From Epiperipatus broadwayi (Eukaryota; Animalia; Onychophora): a DNA stretch of 64,000 bases. Shown in pieces: positions 38,560 to 52,190 of the stretch. The stretch is from assembly GCA_028023455.1 (NCBI GenBank), contig JAQFVV010000006.1:3658001-3722000 (forward strand). The letters are read 5' to 3'. The notes beneath the pieces were generated by a model. The model was not told where the DNA came from and did not search any database. It saw only the letters and a program-made list of their open reading frames with translations. The position numbers and the translations under genes are program-made. The stretch's first letter is position 1, and each line of letters opens with the position of its first letter.

Positions 38560-39332
38560 TTAAATGCCACGTGTGGAATGTTCTATTGTATGGTTGTGAA
38601 ATGTGGATATTGATGTGCATATGAAAAACCTTTGAGATATAGTCATGGAGAAGGATGAAAAAAAATCAGTTGGATGAATAAAAAAAAAGAAATGAAAAAG
38701 TTTTGAAAAGAGTAAATAGAAAAAGAAGAATGAATGAAAAAATTAAAGATAAAAAGAGTATCTAGATTGGATATATAAAAGAAGAAAGTATAGTTTAATT
38801 GAAGATGTTTTGGAGGGAATGGTAAGTGGAAACAAGAAGAAACAATGGAAAGGTTTAACATTGTTGGATGATATAAAAGGTAGGAAGGGTTATGTGGAAT
38901 TGAGCAACTGGGCAATGAAGGGACAGAATGGTGAAATGGATGAATTGGTAATGTGACTACTCTCTGGATCTTTCTATCCATGGGAGAGAATATAATTGAA
39001 AATCTCTGTTACAAGCAATAAATTAAGATAAATCTATAAGTGCACTATCTAGATTGGATATATAAAAGAAGAAAGTATAGTTTAATTGAAGATGTTTTGG
39101 AGGGAATGGTAAGTGGAAACAAGAAGAAACAATGGAAAGGTTTAACATTGTTGGATGATATAAAAGGTAGGAAGGGTTATGTGGAATTGAGCAACTGGGC
39201 AATGAAGGGACAGAATGGTGAAATGGATGAATTGGTAATGTGACTACTCTCTGGATCTTTCTATCCATGGGAGAGAATATAATTGAAAATCTCTGTTACA
39301 AGCAATAAATTAAGATAAATCTATAAGTGCAC
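38560..39332 (+). mobile_element. RTE-clade LINE 3' fragment with exact 287-bp tandem duplication (38759-39045, 39046-39332)
   Basis: VWNVLLYGCEMW...WRRMKKISW..K.NEKVLKRV...YLDWI...LEGMVSG...LLDDIK. Confidence 0.85.
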
Positions 39333-39349
39333 AGACACCTAGATTATCC

Positions 39350-39580
39350 CTGCACAAATACTTATTTAATAGAACCAAAACCAAAGCTCTGGGTAATTCA
39401 GTATTCGCTGAACCTGAGAAAACCACCAGCCACGTTTTTCAACCATCAGCAGTGAGTATTGTTTGGCTGGAGAGAAACAATGCAAAATACAAGGTTTAAA
39501 GAGGCTTGCTACATAGAAAGTGATCCTGCAGGAATCAACAGAAAAGAAGTTTGCTTCTTCATATCAACAAAAATGGATAT
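39350..39580 (+). mobile_element. PLE GIY-YIG C-terminal remnant
   Basis: SVFAE....SH.F....SIV.LE.../RFKEACYIESDPAGINRKE (frameshifted). Confidence 0.6.
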
Positions 39581-39659
39581 TGTAAATGATTCACTCAAAT
39601 TTACATATATTTGCATGGCTATTGTAAATGATTCACTCAAATTTACATATATTTGCATG
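39578..39659. repeat. 42-bp tandem duplication
   Basis: tattgtaaatgattcactcaaatttacatatatttgcatg x2. Confidence 0.9.
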
Positions 39660-40139
39660 TCATATGCTTTATAGATGCTTTTTCATTACACACCTACCTA
39701 TGAATAGGGAATATGTATCTCCTGAAAGCACTTAGCTTAAACAATTTAAAGCTTAATTGTCTGTGCATAAAGCACTTATAGATTTATACATGTCATTAAA
39801 GTAAAATCTTATTAATTAAGATAGTGAGAAAACTGAAATGATGGAGATTGCATTAGTGCTAAACTAATGCTGTTACAATTTAATCTACAAATACAGACCC
39901 ATACAAAAATTTGAAACTATATTTCAGTGCAAAGAATGATATACTCCTTCACAATGTATTAAAATGGAATAAAATTCATTCTTGCCTTGAACAAGAGTAG
40001 TGTAGCAAAAGTTATAAAAACTGTCAATATGGGCAAGGAAATCAGGTGTTGATGCCTCTATAGTAGTACTCACATATTATTAATTAAGTGTGAATAAAAA
40101 GTTTATTTTGGCTAGTGATAATTTCTAGTTTACTAAATG

Positions 40140-40770
40140 ACCAATAATAATCATTAATATAATTCTATAAAATGGTTTGTGGAAATGTTGTGAGAACAGA
40201 AAGTTTGACACTTGAAATCAAACTATAGTAAATTGCTATTTATAAAATCCGAAACAAATTATAAAAAAAGGGTAAGAGTTTGTAATCTGTGACAACTGAT
40301 GAGTGCTAGTTCGGCATGAAATGACTATTTTGGGGATCGTTTATCTTTTTCATATGTCTTTGGTTATATGCTTTAGAAAATTGTGATGAAATAGAACTTT
40401 GATATATATATACATATGAAGCTAAAAGTATATACAAAAAGTGCATACAGAGATAAAATTACAGTCAAGTGTTGTTAGCTGAGAGGTCAGCACAGCTGCC
40501 TTGCAAGCAAGCAGTTGGTTGCAGATGGTTGTTGTGAGTTCACCTCTCGGCAGATGCTATGACATATGGAAAAAAAAGGATAAAATTACAACATTAGTTA
40601 TATAAGTCTTATTCCCTTGAAGAATACAAAAGTGAACTGGGTGTTTCAAAATTGATCCAGAATAAAAGGTTGGCCTGACTTCTGAATTGATGGATGGATC
40701 TTTTAATATGACTGAACTGAAGTGAAAAGTGCACCGAGATAAGAATAAAATTTGAAAATATAAGTAGGTA
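40140..40770 (+). mobile_element. Old B' hammerhead element interrupted by a SINE
   Basis: gacaa-CTGATGA-gtgctagttcggcat-GAAA-tgactattttgggg at ~40288-40335; homologous to 3520-4215. Confidence 0.65.
40464..40578 (+). mobile_element. tRNA-Gly mini-SINE (second subfamily) with 12-bp TSD
   Basis: TSD gataaaattaca at 40452-40463 and 40579-40590. Confidence 0.9.
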
Positions 40771-40846
40771 ATTGAAATGGAATTAACCCTAATTCCCACT
40801 GAGTTATGTAAAACATGATCAACTATGAAATGATAGATTAACATTC

Positions 40847-40877
<31 letters not shown>

Positions 40878-41859
40878 ATAATTAAAATAAATATCTTTAA
40901 CACAGTATTAGAGATATAAAAATTATTCAAATTGAAAGGTGTAGTGAAAAACATAAAATTAAAGAGACAATGATGATATCTAGGAATAGAGGTGGTTTAA
41001 TGAATAGACAATCGGCTAATATAAAGCCAGAAGAATTGTGGGAAATTTAAATTGATTGAATGATGGGTAATGCAAGTTTTTATTCTTTGTACATTTGTAT
41101 TAACAGTTGATAAAGATTGTCAGTGAAACAATTGAAAGTACTTCTGGTAAAGAATATATTATTTAATTTTGAATACTGTATTAAATATATTTGTTTGAAT
41201 TATTATTATATGATTTAAAAATACAGACCTTTAATGGTTGTATATATATATATATAAAATACATACCCGTGCAAATCTTCGTTTTAACATATATATATAT
41301 ATATATATATATAAGATAATACATTGATACACAAAATCTGAAGAGAAGATAAATGGATGGATAAGAATATAAAGCTGCAATGATGTGAAGTAAAGTTTTG
41401 GTTGGAGAAAACTGACTTCAGCTTGAAGAAACTTTCTTCATGTAGAGGACTGACAATAATCGAACAAAATGATGATGATATATACAATTAAGCTGCCCAT
41501 TCCTTGCTTTATGAGCAATAGTGACTTTTTGGTAGATATTTTGCAGTCTCCAAAAGTACGTTCACTGAGTTCTTGTTTGCATCATAATATGTTTCTAAAT
41601 TTTATAGGTTCATGCATTTTCGTTACATTTTAATTAATATTTATTAAGTTAAAAAAGTATTTGTTTTTATTTCTAGTTTTTATAATCCCATTTATATATA
41701 TATTCCTTAGATATTTTCTAGTTCACTATCTGATTAAATGCATTACATTTAGTTAGAATTATAATCATTCAAGATTTTAAGAATATTTGGAATATATGGC
41801 TCTGGTTTGAGGGTATATAAACTAATGCAAATTAATACTTGCAATAAACATTTGTGATG

Positions 41860-42395
41860 ATAATATATTAGATGTGATAATACGTTGTACTATTTCCAGC
41901 ACTTATGCGTAAATGTTGACTGTATAGAAAATTTTAAACTTTATTTAAATTTTTCAAATATAATTTTTTCAAATATAAACAACTTGTGAGTAATAACATG
42001 CAAATAGACAACACATGTTAGTAATAACACAATGTTTTGAGTTATGTTATATTTCACCTTCTCCAGGAATTGCTGCGCTAGACTGAACAGTGACACTATT
42101 AGCATAGGCGACAAACTTGCACCTTTAGATTCTCAAATATCGAATTTAAGGCAAACACTCTAACCAATTCCTATGCTAATACTGTCACTGGTCAGATCAG
42201 CAACACCTGAAGAAGAATGAAAAATAATACTATTCGAAATGTTGTGTAATTACAAACCAGTGTTGTTATTCGTATGTTATTATTGACAAGTTGTTTGTAA
42301 TTGAAAAGTTTAAATAAAGTTTAAAATTTTTTATACAGTCAACTTTAATAATAGATAATACAAATAATCCAACATATTATCACATCTAATATATA
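41860..42395. mobile_element. Second copy of the ~600-bp fold-back MITE
   Basis: Homologous to 17026-17630, with part of the centre deleted. Confidence 0.8.
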
Positions 42396-42897
42396 TTTTT
42401 TTTAAATTACAGGCCAAAGTAAATATTACTATAGGCAAATATTTTGTAGTATTTAAACATTTCTTAAGCCAAGTAAAAGTGTTTCCAAAATTCCCAATAT
42501 TTTTCTCTTAAGTAGTTGGCCTGTAACATATCCTACTAACCAAACAACATTGTCAGTAAACTAAAGGGTAAAGCAAGAAAGAAATACCCTCCCTTTTAGT
42601 GTTCTTGTAAAGGAAATGTGAGAGAGGCCTTTGTTTTGATATGGAGGCTAATTTATTTTTCACCTGTACACTTATATTATTGAAAATGTTTAGCATTTCC
42701 ATCAATTTTTTTATAAATTTCTGTAAAGTATGTTTCATCAAAGACCCTGTGCCCAAAGTTGGGACACTTGAACTTCTTATGAACCCAATCAGTAACATCA
42801 TTAGCACCTTTTTTTTCTATCAATGATCAAAATTCACAATATATTTAATAAATTTTCAATTTTTCTTTCAATTTTTTATCTAGCGTTCTTTTTATTA

Positions 42898-43005
42898 CAA
42901 TTACCTACCAGCATTCCAGATCAATCTTTCTTTACATGTATTTTTTAATCACAATTACCTACCAGCATTTTAGACCAATCTTTATTTCTATAGATGTATT
43001 TTTCA
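42898..43005. repeat. ~57-bp tandem duplication
   Basis: caattacctaccagcatt...caatcttt...atgtattttt x2. Confidence 0.8.
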
Positions 43006-44957
43006 AACATCTTCTCATTGTCAGGTTTAGACCTTTATTCTCTGTTTTAATAATTCAACAATTTTTACCTTCTCCCTTACCATGTAATAACTTGCATCTG
43101 TGTACTGTAGACTTATTTTTATTTCTTCCCCCATTTTTATTAACCACCATGAGTCAATTAAAACTGCAACAAATAGGCTATTACTTCTTATAAAATTTAT
43201 AAAATTATAAATTTAATCTACAAGGGTCAAATTTTATACACTCACATTTTTGACACTGTTCACTACAGATAAATAAGTTAATGACTATTACTTATCATTG
43301 ATTAGCTAAATATTATCATATTATTTCTAATTTAGATATATACTTTAAACCCAGTTAAAGAATTCCAAGCTTTTTTTAAAAATTTAACATAAACACATTT
43401 GTATTAACACAATTTTATTCGATTTTTTCATTGTGTATTATATTTTTTTAAAGTAATTAAAACTTCCATTTCTAATCAGAACCATACCAATAATCCTTAA
43501 AATGCATATCGAATCAGTACTTTTCAAACAGTCCAGATTCTAATCATCATTTTTTAGTATTTATCCATATCATATATCTAAAATTTGATTGTCACAAATC
43601 AATTTTTTTGAATACACACCTGAGGACCATTAGAAGTTTTAAATAAATATAAAGCAAGTTTGTAATCTAATGTTTTTACTCTTTTAAATTCTATTTATGG
43701 CTTGTAAATATATACGGGTATTCTTAATTTTGGTTCTTTCTTTTTAAGTCTAAATCCAGAGTGATATTAGTACAAACGTAATTATTGGCTGTATATGTAG
43801 CGGAAGCTAACAACATTAACTTTTGATATTACTTAAAATAATAACAAATGGGGAAAACTCTACAGAATAGAATAAATAATATTAAAAAGGTTGTGAACAT
43901 AATTTGGGTCTGTTGTCTTTTTTTTTTTTTGTGTGTGTGTGTGATAATTATTCAGATCTGGAAAGAATTAGTGAAGAAAAACATTACGAAACAGCAGTTG
44001 TTAGACTCATAGTTGCTGTTGGTAGTGGCTATTTAAATGTTAATTCTATTTTTATTACAACAACATTCAGTTAATATTTTCTAAATATATATATATATTG
44101 AGAAAATATTAATATATATATATAAACAGAAAAATCAAATTTTGATTTGTATCTGCCTTGCATTTTACTTTAGGAATATTTTCGACCTTTTTGTGTCAAA
44201 TATTTATACTTCATATAATCAATTTATGGGAATAGAGTTTGAAATTAGTAATAATAATGATTAGTCTTTTTTAAAAAAATGTGCAAACATTGTGGTTGAT
44301 ATGGTTATTAAAGTAGTCACAACTTTGAACTCACTTTTTAAGCTATTGTCTCAGAAAAATTTGCCCCGCGCATAATTTAATGCAATCCATGAATTGTGGC
44401 TATCGAATATGAGTAATAAATGATTGGATAAATAAATAAATGCCTAAAATATATATTGGTGACAAGTTTATAAAAACTTTGATCATGGATATGACAGATT
44501 TTTATCATAATCCACTAATCTTTAGCCCTAATCCTGTCACTCTAACACTGCACCCAAGCCTACATGATACCATCCAATTGTTTGTTTCAGAAAAACAATT
44601 TTATTTTTATTGTATTATTATTGCTTTACTACAATATCAGAATATATTTGATCCTAATGTCAGTGTATTCTTTATTTATGTGAAGTGATACAAGAAATTA
44701 CAATTACCTATTATCTTTATGATCTGAGATTTGAATCCAGGTAAAAAAAATTCTAGAAGTTTGTGATTTTTTTAAGAAGCTGGTCCATAACCAACCATAT
44801 TCTCTTTAAATATTAGCCTTAGTTAAACCGTCAAAAAATCTTGATCATGCAATAACTGGTAAGTCTTTTATTTTCTTTCACAGCTTCTCTTCAAGTGGCT
44901 ATTGGATTGAAGATGCATGGGCTTTTTATTTAAAAGGATGTTTTTATCTTAGTTTAT

Positions 44958-45313
44958 AACCAATAAACATCACATGACCACCATTTCTTATGCTTGTGTA
45001 TAACTGTTGTTAAAGCAGGCAAAAAGTACTATATGTATTGCCACGCACAGCAAACTAGAGTAATCAATGGATGCCAGAAGGCTTGTGCATAAAATTCCCA
45101 TCTAGTGCCTACTCATCCAATTAGATCCTAAGATCTAGGTGCAGTGCTCTCAGAACCAAGGCTCCTCACTGACGAAGGCCACAAGCCAGAAACTAGTCTG
45201 GGGATATTGGATGAGTAGGCACTAGATGGGGATTTTATGCACACAAACCTTCTGGCATCCATTGATTACCCTAGATTTCTGTGTGTGGCAATACGTATAG
45301 TGAGTTTTGCCTG
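44958..45313. mobile_element. Family A element, inverted pair (tail on the left), intact plus-strand hammerhead 45163-45204, 16-bp TSD
   Basis: TSD ttttatcttagtttat at 44942-44957 and 45314-45329. Confidence 0.93.
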
Positions 45314-47132
45314 TTTTATCTTAGTTTATGTTTACGTTGGACAAATTTGTGATGAAATGGGAGCACATCTCCCTGCCATCCACACAGCATAGGATTTAAA
45401 GCCAGGTGAAATTTAGAAAATTAAAAAAAAAATTCAAACTTTCAAATTTTATTATATATCTTGTTTATAGCCTGAAAGAAAGACTAACCAAATATTTGTC
45501 AATAAATAAATATAAGACAAGAGCAAATTTCTATTCTAATGCCATCTAGGGAGGAGATACATTTTTGTCTTAATATATTGTTTAAGGCAAGGTGATTTGA
45601 TGGTTTGTAATTGTTATTAATAAATAAATATAGCTAGCTAATTTAGTAATAGATCCAAAGAAAACATAAAAATGCATAAATAACTTTTAATTATTGGCAA
45701 TTAAAAAAGGATATGGATATTTTATTTAAAAGCTAAAAGAAAAAGAACTATAAAATCTCTCATGAACATGCAATAAATAAGCTTATTAATATTGACCTTT
45801 TCTTCATTGTTTCGGCATTGGAATGATGGCGAAAGTTTTATTTTTCACTGAGCTCTTAAGCTATTTTATATATAGATAAAAGAATAAAGCAAACTGTAAG
45901 TAGTCCACTGAAAGACAAAGAATATATTACTCACCTGACTAGCCCACTAAGAGTTAGAGTAGTTTGCTGCCTTTGTTTACCTCACATCTAAAATTAGCTA
46001 GATATCCATTTACCAACCAATATTAAATGAATATCCAGATTAGCTATGCAGCAATTCATCCGACAAGAAATCTTAAACCTGATCGTAAACCATAGAAAAT
46101 TCTCAAGTTTTATCTTCCCCCAAAAAGCATTTATAACAATGTTTTATTTTTATATGATTCTCATCATGAAAATGTAGTCTGGTTCTCCTATTAAAACTAT
46201 GCTTAAGTTAATCTTGATATATTTTTGATGAAGTCTACTGTCATTCATTTATTTCATATTTCAATGCAACCAAGATATGCTTCTACTACTGTAGAATCTA
46301 TAACATCGTATCCAATAAGCTGAACAACATATTGATTGGTCATAAGTATACTAGTCATATTAATACATTCCAACAATAATTATCCACATTTCCAAGTCAT
46401 TCTATCATAACACTGTCTGCTTGTCATGCCATCAACATGTCTTTTCAGAAACAGACACAGAGAGGTTGCATAGACTTTTTTTTACTACAAGGTCCAATAA
46501 CTTAAAATGTCCAGTTAAGATTCAAGATAGCTAGTGAAATTTCCAAATTGGTGCCCCTCAATGCACACCTCTATTGCATCTTCACCACCTGTGCATGTGT
46601 GCGATCTCATGGTATAATCTCCAATTGCTCAATTCTTATTTTAATAAAAAAAGGGGTAATGGATAATTTACTAAAATTTAAAAAGATGCAGCAACTAAAA
46701 ACTTGGAATCGCCCTGTGTTAGATCATTGATAGGGTGACCAATCCTTTTATATAATAAATATGGTAAAATAGCACCTTTGTGTACAACTAATTTCGTCAT
46801 TATGGCTATATTAATGCAATAAAATACCCTACATTTTAATTTGTTAAAGGTAACAGAAACACATTGAAGTTTATACCACACTTCAATTTCATAAGGGATT
46901 TATATTGGGCATAAATGGTTTGTGATGCCCTGCATCACAATTGTAAGATATAGATTGTAGATCTTTGGTTATCAAATAATGATGGTCACTTCAATAATGA
47001 TATGAACACTGTTGGTACATGAGTATTGTTCTGTGTTCTCTTGACTTTTCTGCTTTAACCCTTAAGTTTTATTGTTTCTTTTTCCTTTGCAACACCTTTT
47101 CCTTAAATTTTCTTTTAAATACAAATCTTGCC

Positions 47133-47323
47133 TTTATTATTATTTAGTATCTAACAGTTTCGATTGTCCAGCAGACTTCATCAGAACTGAAATACATATG
47201 AACTTATAAATGATTACAAATATAAATAACAATAATAACACACAATATATAGCATATATATATTAGAATTCTATTGAAGACTGTTGGACAATTGAAACTG
47301 TTAGCCAGAAACTAATAATAAAA
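47133..47323. repeat. Short inverted pair of hammerhead-like pLTR remnants
   Basis: Minus strand reads CTGATGA-agtc tgctg gac aatc-GAAA-ctgtt-agatac (47148-47190); degenerate mirror at 47269-47323. Confidence 0.45.
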
Positions 47324-47984
47324 GAAAGATTTACAGTTAAAAGAATGTACAGAGAAAAAGTAGTTTAGTTATTTATTTACTTTGAAATTTTCAACATTTT
47401 TGACATTTGAAATATTAAAAACATGATCTGTATTTTCTCAAAGTCAAAGATGATAAACTATAATTTGTGTTTGACTTAGATCTTCTATATAGTTCCATAT
47501 AATGGTCCAATCTTGTAGTTGCATTTACCAAAATCTTGTTGTGGGATAAGGTGGGAAAAATTGGTAATTGCTCTCACCATTTGATTACTTTCTTGGATGT
47601 GGTTATGGTAAATCAAATTATTTTGAAATTTCTTATAAATTACAACCTATATATGCTGACAGGTTCAAAATGGCACATTTGAAGACCTGAATTCAAATAC
47701 CTGTAAATCACAAAACAACATTATGAAAGCAAACATTGATAGCAAGAACATAGAATGTATTGGAATTATAAACTGTAAAATAGTTTTCAAGAGATTCAAA
47801 ATACATAATTATAAACTTTATACAAATTGAAATTAATAATAATTTTTATTAGTCATTCATTAGACTAGAGATTATCCACTAATGAATAATATTTCTGAAG
47901 TGAAATTTTCTCTACACCACTTCCACCCAGAGTAGGAAATGGATGTTGTTTACTTTTAACTTGTGGAGGAATGTAATCATATGC

Positions 47985-48345
47985 AAATGATCAAAGCTAA
48001 GTAAAAATATGCATGATCTCCAGTATGCACTTTTCATGCTTAACCAGCAGTCATCACATGACCCAGATCACAATCTCTTACATATATCTTTACCATCAGT
48101 ATGTATAGATAGCCAATTACTACAGATTTGTTGATAAGTGTTAAACTTGGTCCCTCACAGCTTTGAGACAAATCATTTAATGGAAGTATATTTAAACTGT
48201 AGCAATTTTCTACCTGTATATACTGAAAAATAATAAAGATATGTGTAAGAGATTGTGATCTGGGTCAACTGATAAATCCTGGTTCAACATGAAATGGGCA
48301 TCTTGGGGATCATACATTTTTGGACTTATCTTTGATCATATGCTT
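47985..48345. mobile_element. Old B' element, inverted pair, both hammerheads mutated
   Basis: Mirror copies of atgtgtaagagattgtgatctgggtca..tgat.a..ctggtt.a.catgaaa at ~48020-48080 (-) and ~48240-48310 (+). Confidence 0.7.
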
Positions 48346-48439
48346 ATGATTACTCTTCTCCACAAAATGTTAAATGCAGATGAAAACTACACCCTACCTT
48401 GCATAAGAGTGGTGTATTGAAAATTACACTATAAAAACA

Positions 48440-48720
48440 TTATTCATTAACATGACATAATGTTTACATATGAGATTTGGATAATGATTAAAGGAGATAT
48501 ACAAAAAGCTATGGACATTTGAAAGGATAGCTTTGAACATAATTTTTGGGGCAGACAAAATTGTTGATATGATAAGAGACTGAAGAATCTTAAAAGTATA
48601 ATAATATAGCAAAATTTATAAGAAGTCTGGTATAGTAAACAAAAGTAAGACTAGAGGAATTAAATGGGTAGGGGTAGATCCTGTTCAAACTCATTGGGAG
48701 AAAGAATGATAAGGACATTT
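48440..48720 (+). mobile_element. RTE-clade LINE fragment
   Basis: KLWTFERIALNIIFGA...IYKKSGIVNKSKTRGIKWVG resembles the RTE pattern FERKILRRIFG...DIV..IK.RRLRWAG. Confidence 0.65.
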
Positions 48721-50209
48721 ATGAGAATAATTTCTTATAGGAAAAATAAAAGTAGTGGAAAAGATTGTGATTTTGTTATTGCATTAAGAATGATATGAGT
48801 CATGGGGCTTCACAATTAATGAGCAGAAGGACATGATTAAATAGTGTGAAATCAGATACAAAGAACTAGATGGTTTGCAATCACTTAATAAAAATAATAA
48901 ATAAAAACAGACACTTTTGTGTCTTGTGCAAAGTGTTAGTTTTATAATTATAAATTTCAGTCCTAATATTTATGTCAGAGATGGTATATAAGACTCTGGA
49001 ACGCAAGGTCCATGTCATGGTCCCACACTATAAATTTTGGTGTTCAAGCATCTTTATGAGGTTTCAAGCAATAATCCATACCATTTCGGTTCTGTGCAAT
49101 TTAACACAGTCGAATAAAGGTCGAGTGAAGAGCTAAAAGATCCTGTTATTAATTTTTAGTTGAGTAAAGCCCTCCCCCCACATTTGTTCATTTGAATGGA
49201 ACTGCCGATTTGTCAATTAGGTGCTCGAACATCATATGACTTTCCAACAACTAATTATAAAATTATTATCAAATAAATTCCTGATAATTTTAGAATCTTT
49301 TAATTAACGGAGAAGCACAACTTTCAAGCATTTACGGCACTCAACTTTAACGAAGATATTAAGTTTATATCTAATGCTACCAGAATTTTTCCGTGTTTGA
49401 AGACGCGCTATCCTTAATTTATTATACTTCAACGAAGAGTCGCCATAGTCTTACATTGATAAAAATACGTGGAATCAAGATCATTTGAGAAAAAATTAAA
49501 ATCAAGAAAGTGAAGTTTCAGTTCAAAATTTAAAACAATTTTTAATAAAAAGATATATTAAAAAAATATCTCTATATATGTGTGTGCGTGCTTGTTAACT
49601 TTTTTTTCACTTTATTACATTCACTTAATTTCTCGCTTGGTGGCAGTATGTTCTAATAGACGGAATCATTTCCAAAGAGATCTAGAACCGGTTCTCACGT
49701 AGAAGTAAGTATTCTTTAGCCTCCAATGTTAAATAGTAAATATATTTATTAATATTGTAGTTTTTTAAAGAAAATATTTTTTCCATATATTTTTTTAGAA
49801 GGCTCTCTTTTTTTTAAATTAGGCTAGTAGCATATAAAATATGTATTTCTATAATGAATGTTTTAAAATTACCAGATTAAAGTAAGTAGAACATTGCGTG
49901 CTTAACAGCAGACGAAACAATGTATATACGGATATGCTTTAAAATTTTATAATATTATTAACAATATACATTTCATATTTCCAAATTGAGTACACAGCCT
50001 AAATTTACTTACCTATTTTTCATTTTTTTAATTTTCTTGTAATTTCTATTAACTAAAATAAAATTTAAGTGGAGAAATAAAATCTATTTTTTTAAAATTA
50101 ACTATCATGTCCTAGTTTAATATTTTAACATGCAGTATAAAAATTACATCAAACAATAACCGATGTCTTTGGTTAATATATATAATACATACATATGTGT
50201 GTGTATATT

Positions 50210-50860
50210 TTTACTAAAGAGCTTTTATTTATTAAAATATAATTTGCGGACAAGTTTTCTAAAGTAGTATGTGGGTGCGCGCGTGCTGACATGTATGTGT
50301 ATAGAAGATATGTTGTTAATGTTTTACTGATTTGCCTATTTTGCTAGAGTTTTTATTTATCAACTTATAATTTGAACCCAGACTTTCAAGCATCCTTTAA
50401 TCATCCATTCCAATTTATACAACCGACACACATGACAGCATACACGCGAAAAAGATAAACGATCTCCAACATGAACTAGCATTCATCATTTAATCGAGAT
50501 CTTTCTCGCATGTATGCGATCGTGTGTGTCGGTTGTATAAGGTGGAGTAGATGATGGGAGCTTAAACGTCTGGGTTCAAATCCCCTTTAATTACATCTAC
50601 CTTAAAAGTATATATAATATCCTTATATTTAAATATTATAGCTTATATTTTGGGAATGTTTTTTTTTAAAAAAAAATAGTGCGCGTGCTGGAATGTGTGT
50701 GTGCAAACGATGTGTTGTTAACTTTAAAGCTGCCTTTATTACTGGTTTGATTATTTTGCTAAAGAGTTTTTATTTATTAAATTATAATTTGTTTAAAAAA
50801 TTTATAATAGCGTGTGCGCGTGCTAGGATGTATGTGTAGTAAAAGTGTGTTGTTAATATT
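50210..50860. repeat. ~130-bp diverged tandem units containing GTGCGCGTGC, interrupted by an old B-family inverted pair (50365-50585)
   Basis: Motif at ~50277, 50680 and 50815. Inner arms tttgaacccagac...tatacaaccgacacac / gtgtgtcggttgtata...gtctgggttcaaa. Confidence 0.65.
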
Positions 50861-51559
50861 GTTTTTGTTGATGTTATGATTAATTTAATAATTCATTATT
50901 TTTGCCAGTCATATATTAAAAGACATTTTCGTACTATTGATACATCTTTGTAAAATAGGCAGAAGTATTTTCATTTATAAAAGGTAATAATCGCCGACAA
51001 AGATCGGAACTGCGAGATGTTAAACAAATCACATTAAATCAAAAACATGATATTAAGATATAGGGAAAAGTCTTGTGTTATTTATGTAATAGGTTTTATA
51101 TTTGTATCATTATTATTAATAGCCACGGTAAACGAATGTGGCATTCTAACTAGGTAAAGAAAAGAAATAAAAAACTTTCATGAAAGTTTTGCAATAACTA
51201 TACAAACCAAATTCATTAACCTGCAAATACGTTTCATAGAGTTTATTGTATTTTCATTTTTAAATCTGTTTATCTAATATTTTATACCTCGTAGGAGCTT
51301 TTCTTTCGAGTTACTTCAACACTATATTTAATTATAACTCTGTATTGTAATATATCCTCAGTCAAACTTTTCCAATAAAAGAAGTCGATATTTCATACGT
51401 GGTTTAGTGCAATTGACTGCTAGACTGTCAAGCATAAATTCCTCTGCACTTTCGGACTTTTTATGAACTCTTGAGTCATTAGATTATCTTTTATTTAAAT
51501 GATGTAGGTAGGTGAGTGGGTGGGGATTTGTTTCATAAAATTTATTTTACATACCTTAA

Positions 51560-51850
51560 TAAAATGTCTATTGTTATATTTTAATTTATACTTCCCACTC
51601 AATTAAAATGGATTTTACTAAAATTTATTCAATACTATCTTAATCAGCATGTTGAAATCATACCAGTTAATCATAATAATCTTGCCATTGTATTTTCGGA
51701 TGTTGTATCTTTAAATAAAATTTTTCCCAGCTGTTTATGTATGGTCAATAGTGTTCCATGTCCCAATTTCATACATTATATTGGGTAAATAACAGCCCTA
51801 TATTCAAATAATTTGAAAGCTACCATAAAGCATATTCTATTTTTCCTAAT
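51560..51850 (-). mobile_element. RTE-like LINE fragment, heavily decayed
   Basis: YRAVIYPII..YEIGTW...KIQWQD resembles YRAVVLPTLLYGCETW...I.WQD. Confidence 0.5.
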
Positions 51851-51859
51851 GCAGTTTTG

Positions 51860-52190
51860 CCCCTGGTGTAAGCTTGGGCAATCAATAGATTCCAGATAAT
51901 GATGCTTAAATCCATATCCAATGCTGTTCTAAACAAATTCCCAGACAGTTTCTACCCTATGGCTTTGACCAGTGAGAAGCTTTTGCCCCTGGATCTAATA
52001 TACATGAATTAGATCCAAGAATTACAGGGGTGCTGAAATTATATTCAAACCTCCTCATTAGTAAAATCCATAGGCTAGAAAGTATTTGAACATATGACCA
52101 GGATAATACTATATTGACATTTATTAAGAATCACCATTTAACATCTACTGATTACTCAAACTTGCACTAGGTGGCAGAACTGAAGCAGGA
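51860..52190. mobile_element. Old family A-related element, inverted pair
   Basis: Minus strand ttctca-ctggtca-aagc...ta-GAAA-ctgtc-tgggaa; the plus block ctactgattactcaaacttgcactaggtggca matches family A. Confidence 0.55.

Noticed and set aside
42553-42826. ORFs at 42553 (-) and 42641 (+)
   Set aside because: No recognisable domain; the neighbouring frame has stops, so at best an unassignable decayed element.
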